A stretch of DNA of 64,000 nucleotides, taken from the sequence record SRR20825019_212. One strand, given 5' to 3'. This document shows positions 1 to 10,114 of this stretch, one piece after another. Under the pieces are notes generated by a model. It was given only the letters and a program-made list of their open reading frames with translations, made no database searches and was not told where the DNA came from. A program made the position numbers and the translations under genes. Within the stretch, counting starts at the first letter, position 1, and the number at the start of each line of letters is the position of its first letter.

Positions 1-1837
1 TTCTGGCAATCAATACCTGCGCACCCGGAAACATTAAGGAATCCAATCCCTGCTGTACCAATGTGTCCACCTCGGCCAATAATTCCGAACTCATACCGAC
101 CCTTTCCGGAATACTGTAGCCCAAACGTTGAATGGGTTCCACAGCAACTCCTGTTCCTACGGGGAACTCATCATGGGCCGAGACTGGAAGTTTTCCCGTA
201 GCTCCTATAGCACCAAATATCACTTCTGCCACCTTTTCTTGAGCTATCTTACTGTTCTGATACCCTACCACTACGCCATCCATGGTATCAAAGTTGAGAA
301 CGTCCAACAAAGCATAGGGTCTTGCAAAAAGGGCCAAGATAGTATTACTGGTTCGCAAGCGGGAGATTTCCTCCATCCAAAAAAGTTCGTTCTTGGAAAA
401 TTTATATCCTTTCCAAGGACTTGAATTGTCTTTATGAAAACCGATAATGACCAAGTTGTAATTGGCGAGCTCTTTTTTATATTGTGCAATATCCTTGGCT
501 TTGATGTGGGTTACCTTATAGTATTTGTTAAGTGATTCATGGAAAGTGCTCCCGGAATCATCGCCAAAATGTACGTATGCAATTTTCTTGTTGTCCAATT
601 TTTTGATGGGCATCAAGGAAAAATTGTTTTTCGCTACCGTTATGGCCGCTTCAATGGCCTGTTCATAGATTACATCGTTCTCAACTCCATTCAAATCTTC
701 ATACAAATTCTCCAACTTTACGGGTTGATAATTGTACAGACCAGCTTTGTATTTGGCCATTAATATCTTTTTGACGGATTCTGCCAACCGTTCCTCCGTA
801 ATCAATCCCTCACCATATGCCTGGATGAAAGTTTCTTTTGCCTTAAGGACATTCTCGGGCATCAATAGCAAATCGTTACCTGCCAAAAAAGCTTCCAGTT
901 CCACTTTGCCCTCTGGAGCAAATTCGGATACCGCCTTCATATTCAAAGCATCGGTGATAACCAAACCTTCAAAACCCAATTGGTTTTTCAATACTCCGGT
1001 AACAATACTCTTGGAAAGCGTGGATGGGTGGCCCTCCCTGCTCTCCAAGCTGGGAACATCCAAATGTGCGACCATGGTAGAGCTTAGTCCGGCCTCCATT
1101 GTTTTTTTGAAGGGATAAAGTTCTATGGAATCCAACCGTTCCACGGAAGAGGTGATGATAGGTAAGGATTTATGGGAATCCGTGGCGGTATCTCCATGGC
1201 CTGGAAAGTGCTTGCCACTTGAAAGCACGCCAGCCTTTTCCATTCCACGAACAAAAGCACGTCCTTTTTGGGCCACATTTTTAGGATCTTCCCCAAACGA
1301 GCGATTTCCGATAATAGGGTTCTGCGGGTTGTTGTTCACATCCAAGTCCGGCGCAAAATTAATGTGGACGCCCAAACGCTTGGCATGTTTTCCAATTTGA
1401 TAACCTATCTTTTCTACGATGGTACTATCCCGAATGGCTCCCAAGGTCATGTTCCACGGAAATGCATAAGTAGAGTCCAAACGCATGGCCAGTCCCCACT
1501 CTGCATCGGAACCGATGAGCAACGGTACTTTGGAAACGGATTGGTATTCGTTGGTCAATTTAGCTTGTTGTTCCGGTCCGCCAACCAAAAAGATGACGCC
1601 TCCTATACCTTGTTCCTCAACAATGTTCTTGACCTTATCGGTCGCAGCTTTGCTTTGGTTCGATGCAACGCTTACCATGAACAACTGTCCTACTTTTTCC
1701 TGTAGGGACATGTTCGCGTATTGATTTTCGACCCATGCCATTTGAGCCACCGAGTCTTTGACAATCAAGGGATTTGACTGTCCAAAGGTTTGAATGCATA
1801 CGAGTAGGAAAAAGGGGAATTGGAGTATTTTCCGCAT
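1..1837 (-). CDS. GH3 beta-N-acetylglucosaminidase (NagZ-type) fused to a beta-lactamase/serine-hydrolase domain; 3' end truncated by the window edge
   Basis: Not in the ORF track. My translation from ATG 1837 gives MRKILQFPFFLLVCIQTFGQ (signal peptide), SLQEKVGQLFMV, DAEWGLAMRL, the NagZ motif KHFPGHGDTATDSH and ITDALNM. The window ends in DSLMFPGAQVLIAR, the typical start of a beta-lactamase-family domain. Confidence 0.9.
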   Translation of the reverse strand, partial: MRKILQFPFFLLVCIQTFGQSNPLIVKDSVAQMAWVENQYANMSLQEKVGQLFMVSVASNQSKAATDKVKNIVEEQGIGGVIFLVGGPEQQAKLTNEYQSVSKVPLLIGSDAEWGLAMRLDSTYAFPWNMTLGAIRDSTIVEKIGYQIGKHAKRLGVHINFAPDLDVNNNPQNPIIGNRSFGEDPKNVAQKGRAFVRGMEKAGVLSSGKHFPGHGDTATDSHKSLPIITSSVERLDSIELYPFKKTMEAGLSSTMVAHLDVPSLESREGHPSTLSKSIVTGVLKNQLGFEGLVITDALNMKAVSEFAPEGKVELEAFLAGNDLLLMPENVLKAKETFIQAYGEGLITEERLAESVKKILMAKYKAGLYNYQPVKLENLYEDLNGVENDVIYEQAIEAAITVAKNNFSLMPIKKLDNKKIAYVHFGDDSGSTFHESLNKYYKVTHIKAKDIAQYKKELANYNLVIIGFHKDNSSPWKGYKFSKNELFWMEEISRLRTSNTILALFARPYALLDVLNFDTMDGVVVGYQNSKIAQEKVAEVIFGAIGATGKLPVSAHDEFPVGTGVAVEPIQRLGYSIPERVGMSSELLAEVDTLVQQGLDSLMFPGAQVLIAR

Positions 1838-1929
1838 AAATATCTTGTCTTGAACCACAACTTAATGCCAATAAAAATATTGCATTTCGTCGAGGAAAGT
1901 ATGGAAATTAAGATAAATTAAGGGTTTTG

Positions 1930-2412
1930 CTATACAAATCTGGAGTGCCAACTTTCGCTAGCGGGAACCTCCCAGTTTTCCAAGTATTCCTGTTTGGTAG
2001 CGACCAAGTTGTTGAATACGATGGTACTTGGGGAAACTGATTTGGCCTTGGCCAGTTTCTTAAAATCAATCAATGGCTTATAGGTTATAAACTCCCCTTG
2101 TTTAAAAGAAACGTTCATTCTATCCAGTAGTTCCACATTATATTTTTGCTCCAAACTTTGGATAAAGTGCACAGAGGCGTCAATGGAACATCCCGAAGCA
2201 CTGACATTGGTCTGGTCCAATCCAATGACGATAAACCGTTTGTATTTTATCTCAAAACCTGCATGCAGGTCACTTCCATGGGCCGTCCATTCCTTTAAAA
2301 AAGCGGTCAGGCTTTCCTCCAGTTCTTTCTGTTCTTCCTCCGTAAAGCTCCTGTTGGCTTGGTAAATCCAAACTCTGGAGTGGTCCGGCAATTCTTTAAA
2401 ATCTGCTAGCAT
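1930..2412 (-). CDS. Conserved Bacteroidota hypothetical protein with an SGCSID motif (often labelled 'ABC transporter ATPase')
   Basis: SRVWIYQ, WTAHG and ASGCSID motifs; no Walker A/B. ATG 2412 preferred over the TTG at 2424. Confidence 0.75.
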   Translation of the reverse strand: MLADFKELPDHSRVWIYQANRSFTEEEQKELEESLTAFLKEWTAHGSDLHAGFEIKYKRFIVIGLDQTNVSASGCSIDASVHFIQSLEQKYNVELLDRMNVSFKQGEFITYKPLIDFKKLAKAKSVSPSTIVFNNLVATKQEYLENWEVPASESWHSRFV

Positions 2413-2464
2413 ATATTTTTTCAATAAGGTCTCGACAATGCTCGACTTGAATTATAAACTTCTT

Positions 2465-3256
2465 TTACAATCCCTGGGAATTCGCCAACACTTCGGCCAC
2501 ATCCAAGACTGTAACACTATCCTCTTTTTCGTATGCCTTGATACCATCTGTCATCATGGTATTGCAATATGGGCATCCTGTGGCTATAATATTAGGATTG
2601 GTCTCCAAAGCGCCTTTTGTACGCAGCACGTTGACGTCCATATCTCCCTTTTCGGGCTCTTTGAACATTTGTGCACCACCAGCCCCACAGCACAGTGCCG
2701 CTTTTTTATGGCGCTTCATTTCTACCAATTCTGCATTGGTTTTGGCAAGAAGTTCCCTTGGAGCATCAAAAACGGAATTGGCCCTGCCCAAATAACATGG
2801 GTCATGAAACGTGATACGTTTTCCTTTGTATCCGTCACCGGTAATGGTCAAACGACCGTTGTCGATAAGTTCTTTAAGGTATTGTGTATGGTGCAGTACA
2901 TCATAGTTCCCTCCCAAACTTGGATACTCGTTTTTTAACGTATTGAAAGAATGTGGGTCACAGGTTACAATTCGCTTAATTTCATAGCCATTCAACAACT
3001 CGATATTCATCATGGCCTGCATCTGAAACAAAAACTCGTTCCCTGCCCGTTTGGCCACATCGCCCGTTGAACTTTCTTCTGTTCCCAAGACCGCAAAATC
3101 AACATTGGCCTTGTTCAGCAACTTTACAAAAGCTCTTGATATCTTCTTGGCACGATCATCAAAACTACCGGCAGAACCGACCCAGAACAATATCTCTGGC
3201 TGTTTTCCTTCTGCCATAAACTCCTGCATGGTCTTGACCTTCAATTGTTCGCTCAT
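2465..3256 (-). CDS. CCG-domain Fe-S protein (HdrD/GlpC/FadF C-terminal-like)
   Basis: TFHDPCYLGR, LCCGAGG and TGCPYC form an intact second CCG domain; the first CCG domain is degenerate. Confidence 0.88.
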   Translation of the reverse strand: MSEQLKVKTMQEFMAEGKQPEILFWVGSAGSFDDRAKKISRAFVKLLNKANVDFAVLGTEESSTGDVAKRAGNEFLFQMQAMMNIELLNGYEIKRIVTCDPHSFNTLKNEYPSLGGNYDVLHHTQYLKELIDNGRLTITGDGYKGKRITFHDPCYLGRANSVFDAPRELLAKTNAELVEMKRHKKAALCCGAGGAQMFKEPEKGDMDVNVLRTKGALETNPNIIATGCPYCNTMMTDGIKAYEKEDSVTVLDVAEVLANSQGL

Positions 3257-3266
3257 AGTTTTAGAT

Positions 3267-4592
3267 TTATTCGTTTACCCAGTTTAGACGGTCCATTTGG
3301 TTGTACGGCCAAGGGGCCCCGTTGTTTTCGATATTGGACATCATATTGTTCAACTCGGTAGGCGCCGCAGACTGTTCCATCACCAAATACCTACGCATTT
3401 CCACGATAATGGACAATGGATCTATGCTCACGGGACAAGCCTGCACGCACGCATTACACGTTGTACATGCCCATAGTTCCTCCGGGGTAATATAATCGTT
3501 CAATAATTGTTTGCCATCGGAAACAAACTCTCCTTTATTGGCATCCATGATTTTACCCACCTCCTCCAACCGGTCACGGGTATCCATCATTATTTTTCGG
3601 GGTGATAGTTTTTTACCTGTTTGATTGGCCGGACATTCTGATGTACATCGCCCACACTCGGTACAGGTATACGCATTGAGCAATTGCACCCAGTTTAGGT
3701 CCATGACATCGGATGCCCCAAATTTTTCCGGCTCGCCGGTATCTTGTTCGGCCGGAGCAGCATAAGGGTCTGCATCAGGGTCCATCATCAATTTGACCTC
3801 CTTGGTGACCGATTCCAGATTATTGAACTGCCCTTGTGGCTTCACTTTACCATAATAAGTGTTAGGAAATGCCAAAAGGATATGTAAATGTTTGGAGTAA
3901 TACAGGTAGTTCAAAAAGGCCAAAATGCCTAAAATATGTAACCACCATGCTGTTCTTTCAACCAAGATCAAGGAAGATTCGGAAAGCCCATCCAAAATTG
4001 GAACAATAAATTGACTTACTGGAAATGCTCCTGCTTCGTGATAATGCTCGGCACCCAGTTGCTGCAACTGAAAATCGGCTGCGTTCATGGTGAGAAACAA
4101 AATCATCAGTACAAACTCAATGTACAGAATCATATTTCCATCTGTTTTGGGCCACCCTTTCATCTCAGGTTTTATAAAACGCTGTATCCTGATGATGTTC
4201 CTTCGTATCCAAAAAACCACCACGGCCACAATGACCAGAAGCGCCAATACCTCAAAAGAGCCTATCAAAAAGTCATAAATAGAACCTAGGGGAGAAAATA
4301 ACCTGTGGGTTCCAAAAAGCCCATCGAGGATAATTTCCAGTACTTCGATATTGATGATGATAAAGCCCACATAAACGATCACATGCATAATGCCCGCTAT
4401 TGGACGTACCACCATTTTTGTTTGGCCCAAGGCTATTCTTGCCATGTTCTTCCAACGTTTTGATTTGTTGTCGCTTACATCAACATCTTTACCTAGTTTG
4501 ATGTTACGGGACAACTTTTTTACGTTCCGGGCAAAAAAACCAATACCCAAAATAAGGGCCACGGCAAATATGATATTGGGCAAATACTCCAT
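3267..4592 (-). CDS. Membrane-bound Fe-S oxidoreductase (FadF N-terminal-like: transmembrane region plus 2x[4Fe-4S])
   Basis: About five hydrophobic segments with conserved His (MHVIVY, WWLH, SKHLH), then CTECGRCTSECP and CTTCNACVQACP. Confidence 0.88.
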   Translation of the reverse strand: MEYLPNIIFAVALILGIGFFARNVKKLSRNIKLGKDVDVSDNKSKRWKNMARIALGQTKMVVRPIAGIMHVIVYVGFIIINIEVLEIILDGLFGTHRLFSPLGSIYDFLIGSFEVLALLVIVAVVVFWIRRNIIRIQRFIKPEMKGWPKTDGNMILYIEFVLMILFLTMNAADFQLQQLGAEHYHEAGAFPVSQFIVPILDGLSESSLILVERTAWWLHILGILAFLNYLYYSKHLHILLAFPNTYYGKVKPQGQFNNLESVTKEVKLMMDPDADPYAAPAEQDTGEPEKFGASDVMDLNWVQLLNAYTCTECGRCTSECPANQTGKKLSPRKIMMDTRDRLEEVGKIMDANKGEFVSDGKQLLNDYITPEELWACTTCNACVQACPVSIDPLSIIVEMRRYLVMEQSAAPTELNNMMSNIENNGAPWPYNQMDRLNWVNE

Positions 4593-5579
4593 TTATTGAT
4601 TTTCTTTTTGTTGTATGGAATCAAGCTGCTCGGCCGGATCGTCCTCCGGCAGGGTATATTCTTTTTGCTTTTTGCCAAACACCGAAACATTTACGTAGCG
4701 TTTGGGGTTAAGCCTAAAATCCTGTAGCAAAAGGTCCAACTCCTTGGATGCCTCGGCCAGATTGTCGTAAAGGGCATCGTCTTGGTGCAGTTTGCCCAGA
4801 GACCCTTCGCCTCTTTCTATTTTGGCCAAGATGGCGTTCAACTTGTTGACGGTAGTTTTGAACTCGGTCAATGTTCCTCCCAAATCAGAATTTACAAGCG
4901 AATCGGAAAGTTTTGAAAAATTGGAGGTAATATGACTTACATTTTTTAGAGAGCTGTCCAATTGCATTTTGTTGTTATCCAACAGAACGTTCAAATTATC
5001 GGCACTTGTCTTAAAAGATTTTACCAACTGGTTCAATGAAGTGATGGTTTCCTGCAGCTGCTTTTTGGTCGGGTCGTCCAATATTTGGTTTACGTTCATC
5101 AACAATGAATCTGCATTGGAGACCGCTCCCTCCACCTTCATCTGCAAGGGCGTCAATTTCTGCTGTACTAATTCGGTAAGCCCTGGTTTTATTTTGGATT
5201 GTAGCGTATCTCCCGATTTTGCCGGTGGCGCATTATCCAATACTGGTACAATTTGCACTCCCTTACCACCAATAATACCCGTATCAAACAATTCTGCGAT
5301 ACTATTACTGGAGAACTCAAATTCGTTGGTAACGGTCAAGGTCACCAATAATTTCCCGGACCCATCCCTGAACCTGATATCGGTAACATTACCGACATCA
5401 AAACCGTTGATCGTCACCTTTGTTCCTGGTTGCAAACCTCCTACATCATCATAAACGGCGTAAAAAGTTTTACTTTTTTCAAAAAGAGCGGAGGATTTTA
5501 AGTAGCTAAGTCCAAAGATCAAGGCCACTATTCCAGCGACTACAATGATCCCAGTTTTTATTTCCCTGGATAGTTTCAA
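4593..5579 (-). CDS. MlaD/MCE-family protein
   Basis: TTG start, N-terminal TM helix, MCE domain (VGGLQPGTKVTINGFDVGNV), helical tail and NPKRYV end. Its TAA directly abuts the next ATG. Confidence 0.88.
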   Translation of the reverse strand: MKLSREIKTGIIVVAGIVALIFGLSYLKSSALFEKSKTFYAVYDDVGGLQPGTKVTINGFDVGNVTDIRFRDGSGKLLVTLTVTNEFEFSSNSIAELFDTGIIGGKGVQIVPVLDNAPPAKSGDTLQSKIKPGLTELVQQKLTPLQMKVEGAVSNADSLLMNVNQILDDPTKKQLQETITSLNQLVKSFKTSADNLNVLLDNNKMQLDSSLKNVSHITSNFSKLSDSLVNSDLGGTLTEFKTTVNKLNAILAKIERGEGSLGKLHQDDALYDNLAEASKELDLLLQDFRLNPKRYVNVSVFGKKQKEYTLPEDDPAEQLDSIQQKENQ

Positions 5580-5601
5580 AAGATTCGGTTTATGTTTTAA
5601 A

Positions 5602-5609
5602 CAAAATTA
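5602..5609 (-). promoter_or_regulatory. Bacteroidota sigma-70 -7 element (TAATTTTG) upstream of the MCE gene
   Basis: Exact TAnnTTTG match about 22 nt upstream of the start codon. Confidence 0.55.
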
Positions 5610-5644
5610 GGAATAATTTTCACAAGAGGGCATTTGAAGCATTG

Positions 5645-6865
5645 CTACTTCAACGCGTCCGTTATCGGAACCCTTACCCCATTTTTGTATGCAACTATAT
5701 AGGATGTGGTATAACCCTTTGCATCCGCATCATTTTTCAACCGCTTAGCCGCCTCATAATTGCTGGCATTACCATACATATATCTAAACATGTTCTTATA
5801 TGGCTCTTTGGACAATTGATCCAGCCCGTTAAAATTATCCGGTCTTAAAGGTATCGTTTTTCCACTTGCCATTAGCTGTACTTTAAAAACTACATCTGTA
5901 TCCTTGGATTCAACAACAATTTCTTTTTCCGATTCGGATGAAGCGGCAGTATTGATTTCTTGTTTTACCAGTTCCTTTTCAACTGTTGTTTCTTTGATTA
6001 TTTCTTTAGGCGTTTCTTCTTTGACATTGTCAACAACTTCAACGTCTTCAATCTTTTGTGCCTCAGGAACGGAAATTGAAGTAGTAAGGCCCATTTCTTC
6101 TTTATATGCCAAAACCGCTTTAGCAATGGCATTTCCCATTTCTTCCTGACCGCTTTTTGAATTAAGATAGCTTCCTTCACTCTTATTGGTCAAAAATCCG
6201 GCCTCGACCAAGACACTTGGCATAAAGGTCTGGTGCAGTACAATGAATCCCGCTTGCTTGACTTTTCGATCCTTACGCTTTAACTGTTTTGTAAAATTGT
6301 CCTGAAGTTTTTTGCCCAATTGTATGCTCTGGTCCAAAAACTCTTCCTGCATAATGGTAAGACCAATTACCGATTCAGGGGAATTAATGTCGTACTCGGC
6401 ATACCGTTGTTCATAATTATCCTCCAAATAGATTACAGAGTTCTCTTTCTTGGCCACCTCAAAGTTTTGACGGTTGGCATGCAACCCCAATACATAGGTC
6501 TCGGTACCATAAGCATCAGAACTATGGGCATTGCAATGTACGGATACAAATAAATCCGCATTGGCCTTGTTGGCAATCTCCCCTCGCTCGAACAGATCCA
6601 CAAATGTGTCATCATCACGTGTGTAGACCACCTTAATATCTTGATGCTTTTCCAGCTGTTTTCCTACATTGAGTACAATGGCCAGGGCAATTTTTTTCTC
6701 CAAATAACCATTTCCAATGTTTCCGGGGTCATGTCCACCATGCCCTGCATCCAAAACAACAACAAATTTATCCTTCGATTGAACCTCGGTATCATTTTTG
6801 TTGAATGAGGTCAAAGGAAGGGCCAGAAGTATAACAACTAAAAATGCCAACCGACTTTTATTCAT
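5645..6865 (-). CDS. N-acetylmuramoyl-L-alanine amidase (Amidase_3) with a C-terminal SPOR-like domain
   Basis: VVLDAGHGGHDPG, EKKIAL, FVSVHCNA and PSVLVEAGF motifs; signal peptide after ATG 6865; C-terminal FKVQL...YRYMYG...AYKNG. Confidence 0.92.
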   Translation of the reverse strand: MNKSRLAFLVVILLALPLTSFNKNDTEVQSKDKFVVVLDAGHGGHDPGNIGNGYLEKKIALAIVLNVGKQLEKHQDIKVVYTRDDDTFVDLFERGEIANKANADLFVSVHCNAHSSDAYGTETYVLGLHANRQNFEVAKKENSVIYLEDNYEQRYAEYDINSPESVIGLTIMQEEFLDQSIQLGKKLQDNFTKQLKRKDRKVKQAGFIVLHQTFMPSVLVEAGFLTNKSEGSYLNSKSGQEEMGNAIAKAVLAYKEEMGLTTSISVPEAQKIEDVEVVDNVKEETPKEIIKETTVEKELVKQEINTAASSESEKEIVVESKDTDVVFKVQLMASGKTIPLRPDNFNGLDQLSKEPYKNMFRYMYGNASNYEAAKRLKNDADAKGYTTSYIVAYKNGVRVPITDALK

Positions 6866-6941
6866 AAGATTTGAGTAATTATAGTGTCCAGTAATGGTTA
6901 AAAATATTGTAATCCCCAATTAGTAGAACAAAAAATATATG

Positions 6942-6949
6942 TAAGTTTG
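6942..6949 (+). promoter_or_regulatory. -7 element (TAAGTTTG) upstream of lptD
   Basis: Exact TAnnTTTG match in the divergent intergenic region. Confidence 0.55.
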
Positions 6950-6993
6950 ATCCCTGAACTGGGCCAACTAGCACAAAAATAGGATTTATCACG

Positions 6994-9687
6994 TTGCAAC
7001 CAAATAAACATCTTTTACTTTTCCTATTTGTTCTTCTTTGTGGCATCGCTACCTTAAGTGCTCAGGAAGATCCAATTAAACCCTTGCCCATCAAGGCCAT
7101 CAAGGACACGATTTATGCTCCTTTGCTTCCTCCGAACATCCTTAACGGTTCCAGCAAAACTGATTCTGTTGAAACAGATACCGTGCCAAAAAAGCAACCT
7201 TTGCTATTAGATAAAATAAAATATAAGGCTAAGGATTATGTAAAGTTAAGTCAAAAGGACAATAAAATTTACCTGTACGACGAAGCGGAAATCTATTACC
7301 AGGACACCGAACTCAAAGCTGGTGTAATTGTAATGGATTATGTCAAAAATGAGGTATATGCCGGCCGTATGAAGGATTCGTTGGGGAATTACTCCCAATT
7401 GCCTTTTTTTAAGCAGGGAAGCCAAGAGGTACGGCCCGATTCGATACGGTTCAATTTTGATACGCAAAAAGCATTGATCTGGAATTCGAGGACGGAACAA
7501 GAAGCAGGTCTTGGACAATTGGGAAGTGATGCAATGAAAGTATATGCAGAAAAGACCAAAAAAGAGAACGATTCCGTCTATTTTTTGAACGAGGGTAAAT
7601 TGACCACCTCCAATGACACTGTTAACCCGGACTATTACATTAGGGTGCGAAAGGCAAAGTTTGTCCCCAAAAAGAAAATTATCGCAGGGTACAGTAACAT
7701 GTACATTATGGATGTGCCCACGCCCATAGCGCTTCCCTTTGCCTATTTCCCTTTAACCACTGGAAGGGTGGCCGGTATCCTTTTCCCTACCTTCGGTAAC
7801 GACCCAAGAAGAGGGTATTTTATACAAAATGGCGGGTATTACCTGCCCATTAGCGACTACGTCGACCTTAGTATTACGGGTGATTATTATACCAATGGCA
7901 GTTATGGGTTACAGGGTAGGTCCATTTACTCCAAAAGATATAAGTTCAATGGAAACGTAAATATAAGCTACGAGAACCTGGTCACCAGCCAAAGAGGATT
8001 TGATGATTACAGTCGAACGAGCAATTATAATATTCGGATTTCCCACTCTCAAGACCCAAAGGCCAGTCCAAATTCCCGATTTTCGGCTTCCGTTAACTTA
8101 GGTTCCAGTCAATATTATTCGAACTCCCTGAACCAATTTAACCGGAACAATTCACAAACGAACACCTTTGCATCCTCCATAAGTTACTCCAAAACATTTC
8201 CAGAATACCCGTCCGTAAATACCAGCCTTACGTTGAGCCACACACAAAACAACCGTTCGGAAGAAAGGACGATAAACATGTCATTGCCGACCTTTCAGGC
8301 CAGTATGGAACGTATCTACCCTTTTGTGAAACGGGATGCGGTGAAAAAGGGCGTTTTTGAGAACATCAATTTTCAGTATGATGTGAATGCACAGAACAGC
8401 ATCACCACTACGGAGGAAAACTTTTTTAAAAGTGGAATGTTCGATGATGCCCGTATCGGGGCCCGCCATAGGATCCCTGTTGCTACCAACTTTAAGCTGG
8501 CAAAGTACCTTAGTGTAAGCTTGAACGGTAACTACGAGGACGTATGGACCATGGAAACTATAAGGCGCCGTTATGATGCCGAAATAGAAGAGGTAGTGAC
8601 AGACACCATTTCCGGATTCGATAGGTTCAACAGGTACAGTTTCGGAACAAGTATCGGAACAACGGTCTATGGTACATGGAACCGCGGAGAAGATAAAAAA
8701 ATACAGGCTTTGCGCCACGTAATGCGTCCCTCCATAAGCTATAGCTACACCCCATCCTTTGAGCAATTCTACGATAGTTATATTGATGAAGATGGAGATG
8801 AAGTGGAATACACCCCCTACGAAACTAGTTTATATGGGAGGCCTTCATTGAACAAAGGGAGTTCCTTGAGTTTTTCCCTTCAAAACTCCTTAGAGGCCAA
8901 GGTAAGGGACAAAGATTCCACGGCTACGGAACCGAAAAAGGTCAAAATCCTTAGCAACCTGAGTTTCAATGCCAGTTATAACCTTGAAGCAGATTCATTA
9001 AAGCTCAGTCCAATAAATATGAGCGGTGCAACGGAAATCATAAAAAATGTGCCCATCAACTTTGCAGCAACTTTTGACCCCTACGCCATCGACAACAGCG
9101 GTAGGCGGATAAATACCCTTAACATCAACAATGGAGGCGGCATCGCCCGTTTAACCTCGGCCCGAGTCAACACCAGTTTTTCCTTGAACAGCGAAATGTT
9201 CCAAAAAGGAGGAGCTAAAGAAAAGACCGACGAGGAGAAACAGTCCAACTTTAGTGACAACCCTTTTGCCATGGATGATGTTCGAGGGGAACAGTCGCGT
9301 TTTAACAGAGGAAGGACTAATGAGAAGGACAGTAATAAGGGCGAAGAGCAACAATTGTACAACAACAAATTGCCATGGGATGCAAGGTTCACCTACGTTG
9401 CCTCTTACAACAATAGTAACAGACAAAGTGAGATAACCAACCACTCCCTGATGTTTTCGGGCAACATTCAGCTAACGCCCAAATGGGAAGTAGGGTTCAA
9501 CTCCGGTTATGATTTAAAGAACAAAGGCTTTGCCGATACCCGCTTTGCATTTAAACGCGACCTTGGTAGTTTTAGGCTCAGTTTTGACTGGACTCCCTTT
9601 GGAAGGTACGAGCGCTGGTACTTCTTTATTGGGATAAAGAGTTCCATTTTGAGCGATATTAAATGGGAAAATAGAAGCCAGCGTTAG
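6994..9687 (+). CDS. lptD: Putative LPS-assembly protein LptD (Bacteroidota type)
   Basis: 897 aa, TTG start, signal peptide, OstA-like N-terminal region, PIALPFAYFP motif, beta-barrel ending YFFIGIKSSILSDIKW. Confidence 0.82.
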   Translation: MQPNKHLLLFLFVLLCGIATLSAQEDPIKPLPIKAIKDTIYAPLLPPNILNGSSKTDSVETDTVPKKQPLLLDKIKYKAKDYVKLSQKDNKIYLYDEAEIYYQDTELKAGVIVMDYVKNEVYAGRMKDSLGNYSQLPFFKQGSQEVRPDSIRFNFDTQKALIWNSRTEQEAGLGQLGSDAMKVYAEKTKKENDSVYFLNEGKLTTSNDTVNPDYYIRVRKAKFVPKKKIIAGYSNMYIMDVPTPIALPFAYFPLTTGRVAGILFPTFGNDPRRGYFIQNGGYYLPISDYVDLSITGDYYTNGSYGLQGRSIYSKRYKFNGNVNISYENLVTSQRGFDDYSRTSNYNIRISHSQDPKASPNSRFSASVNLGSSQYYSNSLNQFNRNNSQTNTFASSISYSKTFPEYPSVNTSLTLSHTQNNRSEERTINMSLPTFQASMERIYPFVKRDAVKKGVFENINFQYDVNAQNSITTTEENFFKSGMFDDARIGARHRIPVATNFKLAKYLSVSLNGNYEDVWTMETIRRRYDAEIEEVVTDTISGFDRFNRYSFGTSIGTTVYGTWNRGEDKKIQALRHVMRPSISYSYTPSFEQFYDSYIDEDGDEVEYTPYETSLYGRPSLNKGSSLSFSLQNSLEAKVRDKDSTATEPKKVKILSNLSFNASYNLEADSLKLSPINMSGATEIIKNVPINFAATFDPYAIDNSGRRINTLNINNGGGIARLTSARVNTSFSLNSEMFQKGGAKEKTDEEKQSNFSDNPFAMDDVRGEQSRFNRGRTNEKDSNKGEEQQLYNNKLPWDARFTYVASYNNSNRQSEITNHSLMFSGNIQLTPKWEVGFNSGYDLKNKGFADTRFAFKRDLGSFRLSFDWTPFGRYERWYFFIGIKSSILSDIKWENRSQR

Positions 9688-9733
9688 TAGATTCTATTTT
9701 ATCTTTATCCTAGATTAAATAAAAACTATTCTC

Positions 9734-10114
9734 ATGAAAAAAATAATCAACACCTCAAAAGCACCAGCTCCAATCGGGCCATACAATCAAGCAGTACTCG
9801 TAAAAGACACTCTTTACATTTCTGGACAGATTCCCATAGACCCAGCTACGGGAAAATTGGTCGAAGGCGACATCAAGAAGGAAACAAAACAGTCCATGGA
9901 AAACCTAAAGGCCATTCTGGAAGAAGCGGGAATGACTTTTGAGCACGTCATCAAGTCCTCTATTTTTATAAAGGACATGAACCAGTTTGCCCAAATAAAT
10001 GAGGTTTATGGAACTTATTTTGATGCTGATACTGCCCCCGCCAGAGAAACAGTAGAGGTTGCAAACCTTCCGAAGTTCGTAAATGTGGAAATATCGATGA
10101 TCGCGGTTAAATAG
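9734..10114 (+). CDS. ridA: RidA-family enamine/imine deaminase
   Basis: APAPIGPYNQA, LYISGQIP, PARETVEVANLP and VEIS motifs. Confidence 0.92.
   Translation: MKKIINTSKAPAPIGPYNQAVLVKDTLYISGQIPIDPATGKLVEGDIKKETKQSMENLKAILEEAGMTFEHVIKSSIFIKDMNQFAQINEVYGTYFDADTAPARETVEVANLPKFVNVEISMIAVK

Noticed and set aside
128-1871. Several short ORFs (128-424, 732-1118, 1125-1400, 1268-1705, 1635-1871 and others)
   Set aside because: They are shadows of the edge-truncated minus-strand GH3 gene.
1930-2412. ABC-transporter ATPase function
   Set aside because: Only 160 aa, with no Walker A/B or LSGGQ motif.
10107-10114. Convergent 3' overlaps (ridA/kinase 8 nt; methyltransferase/hydrolase 4 nt at 22478-22481)
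   Set aside because: Short stop-codon overlaps are common in compact genomes, and nothing suggests antisense regulation.
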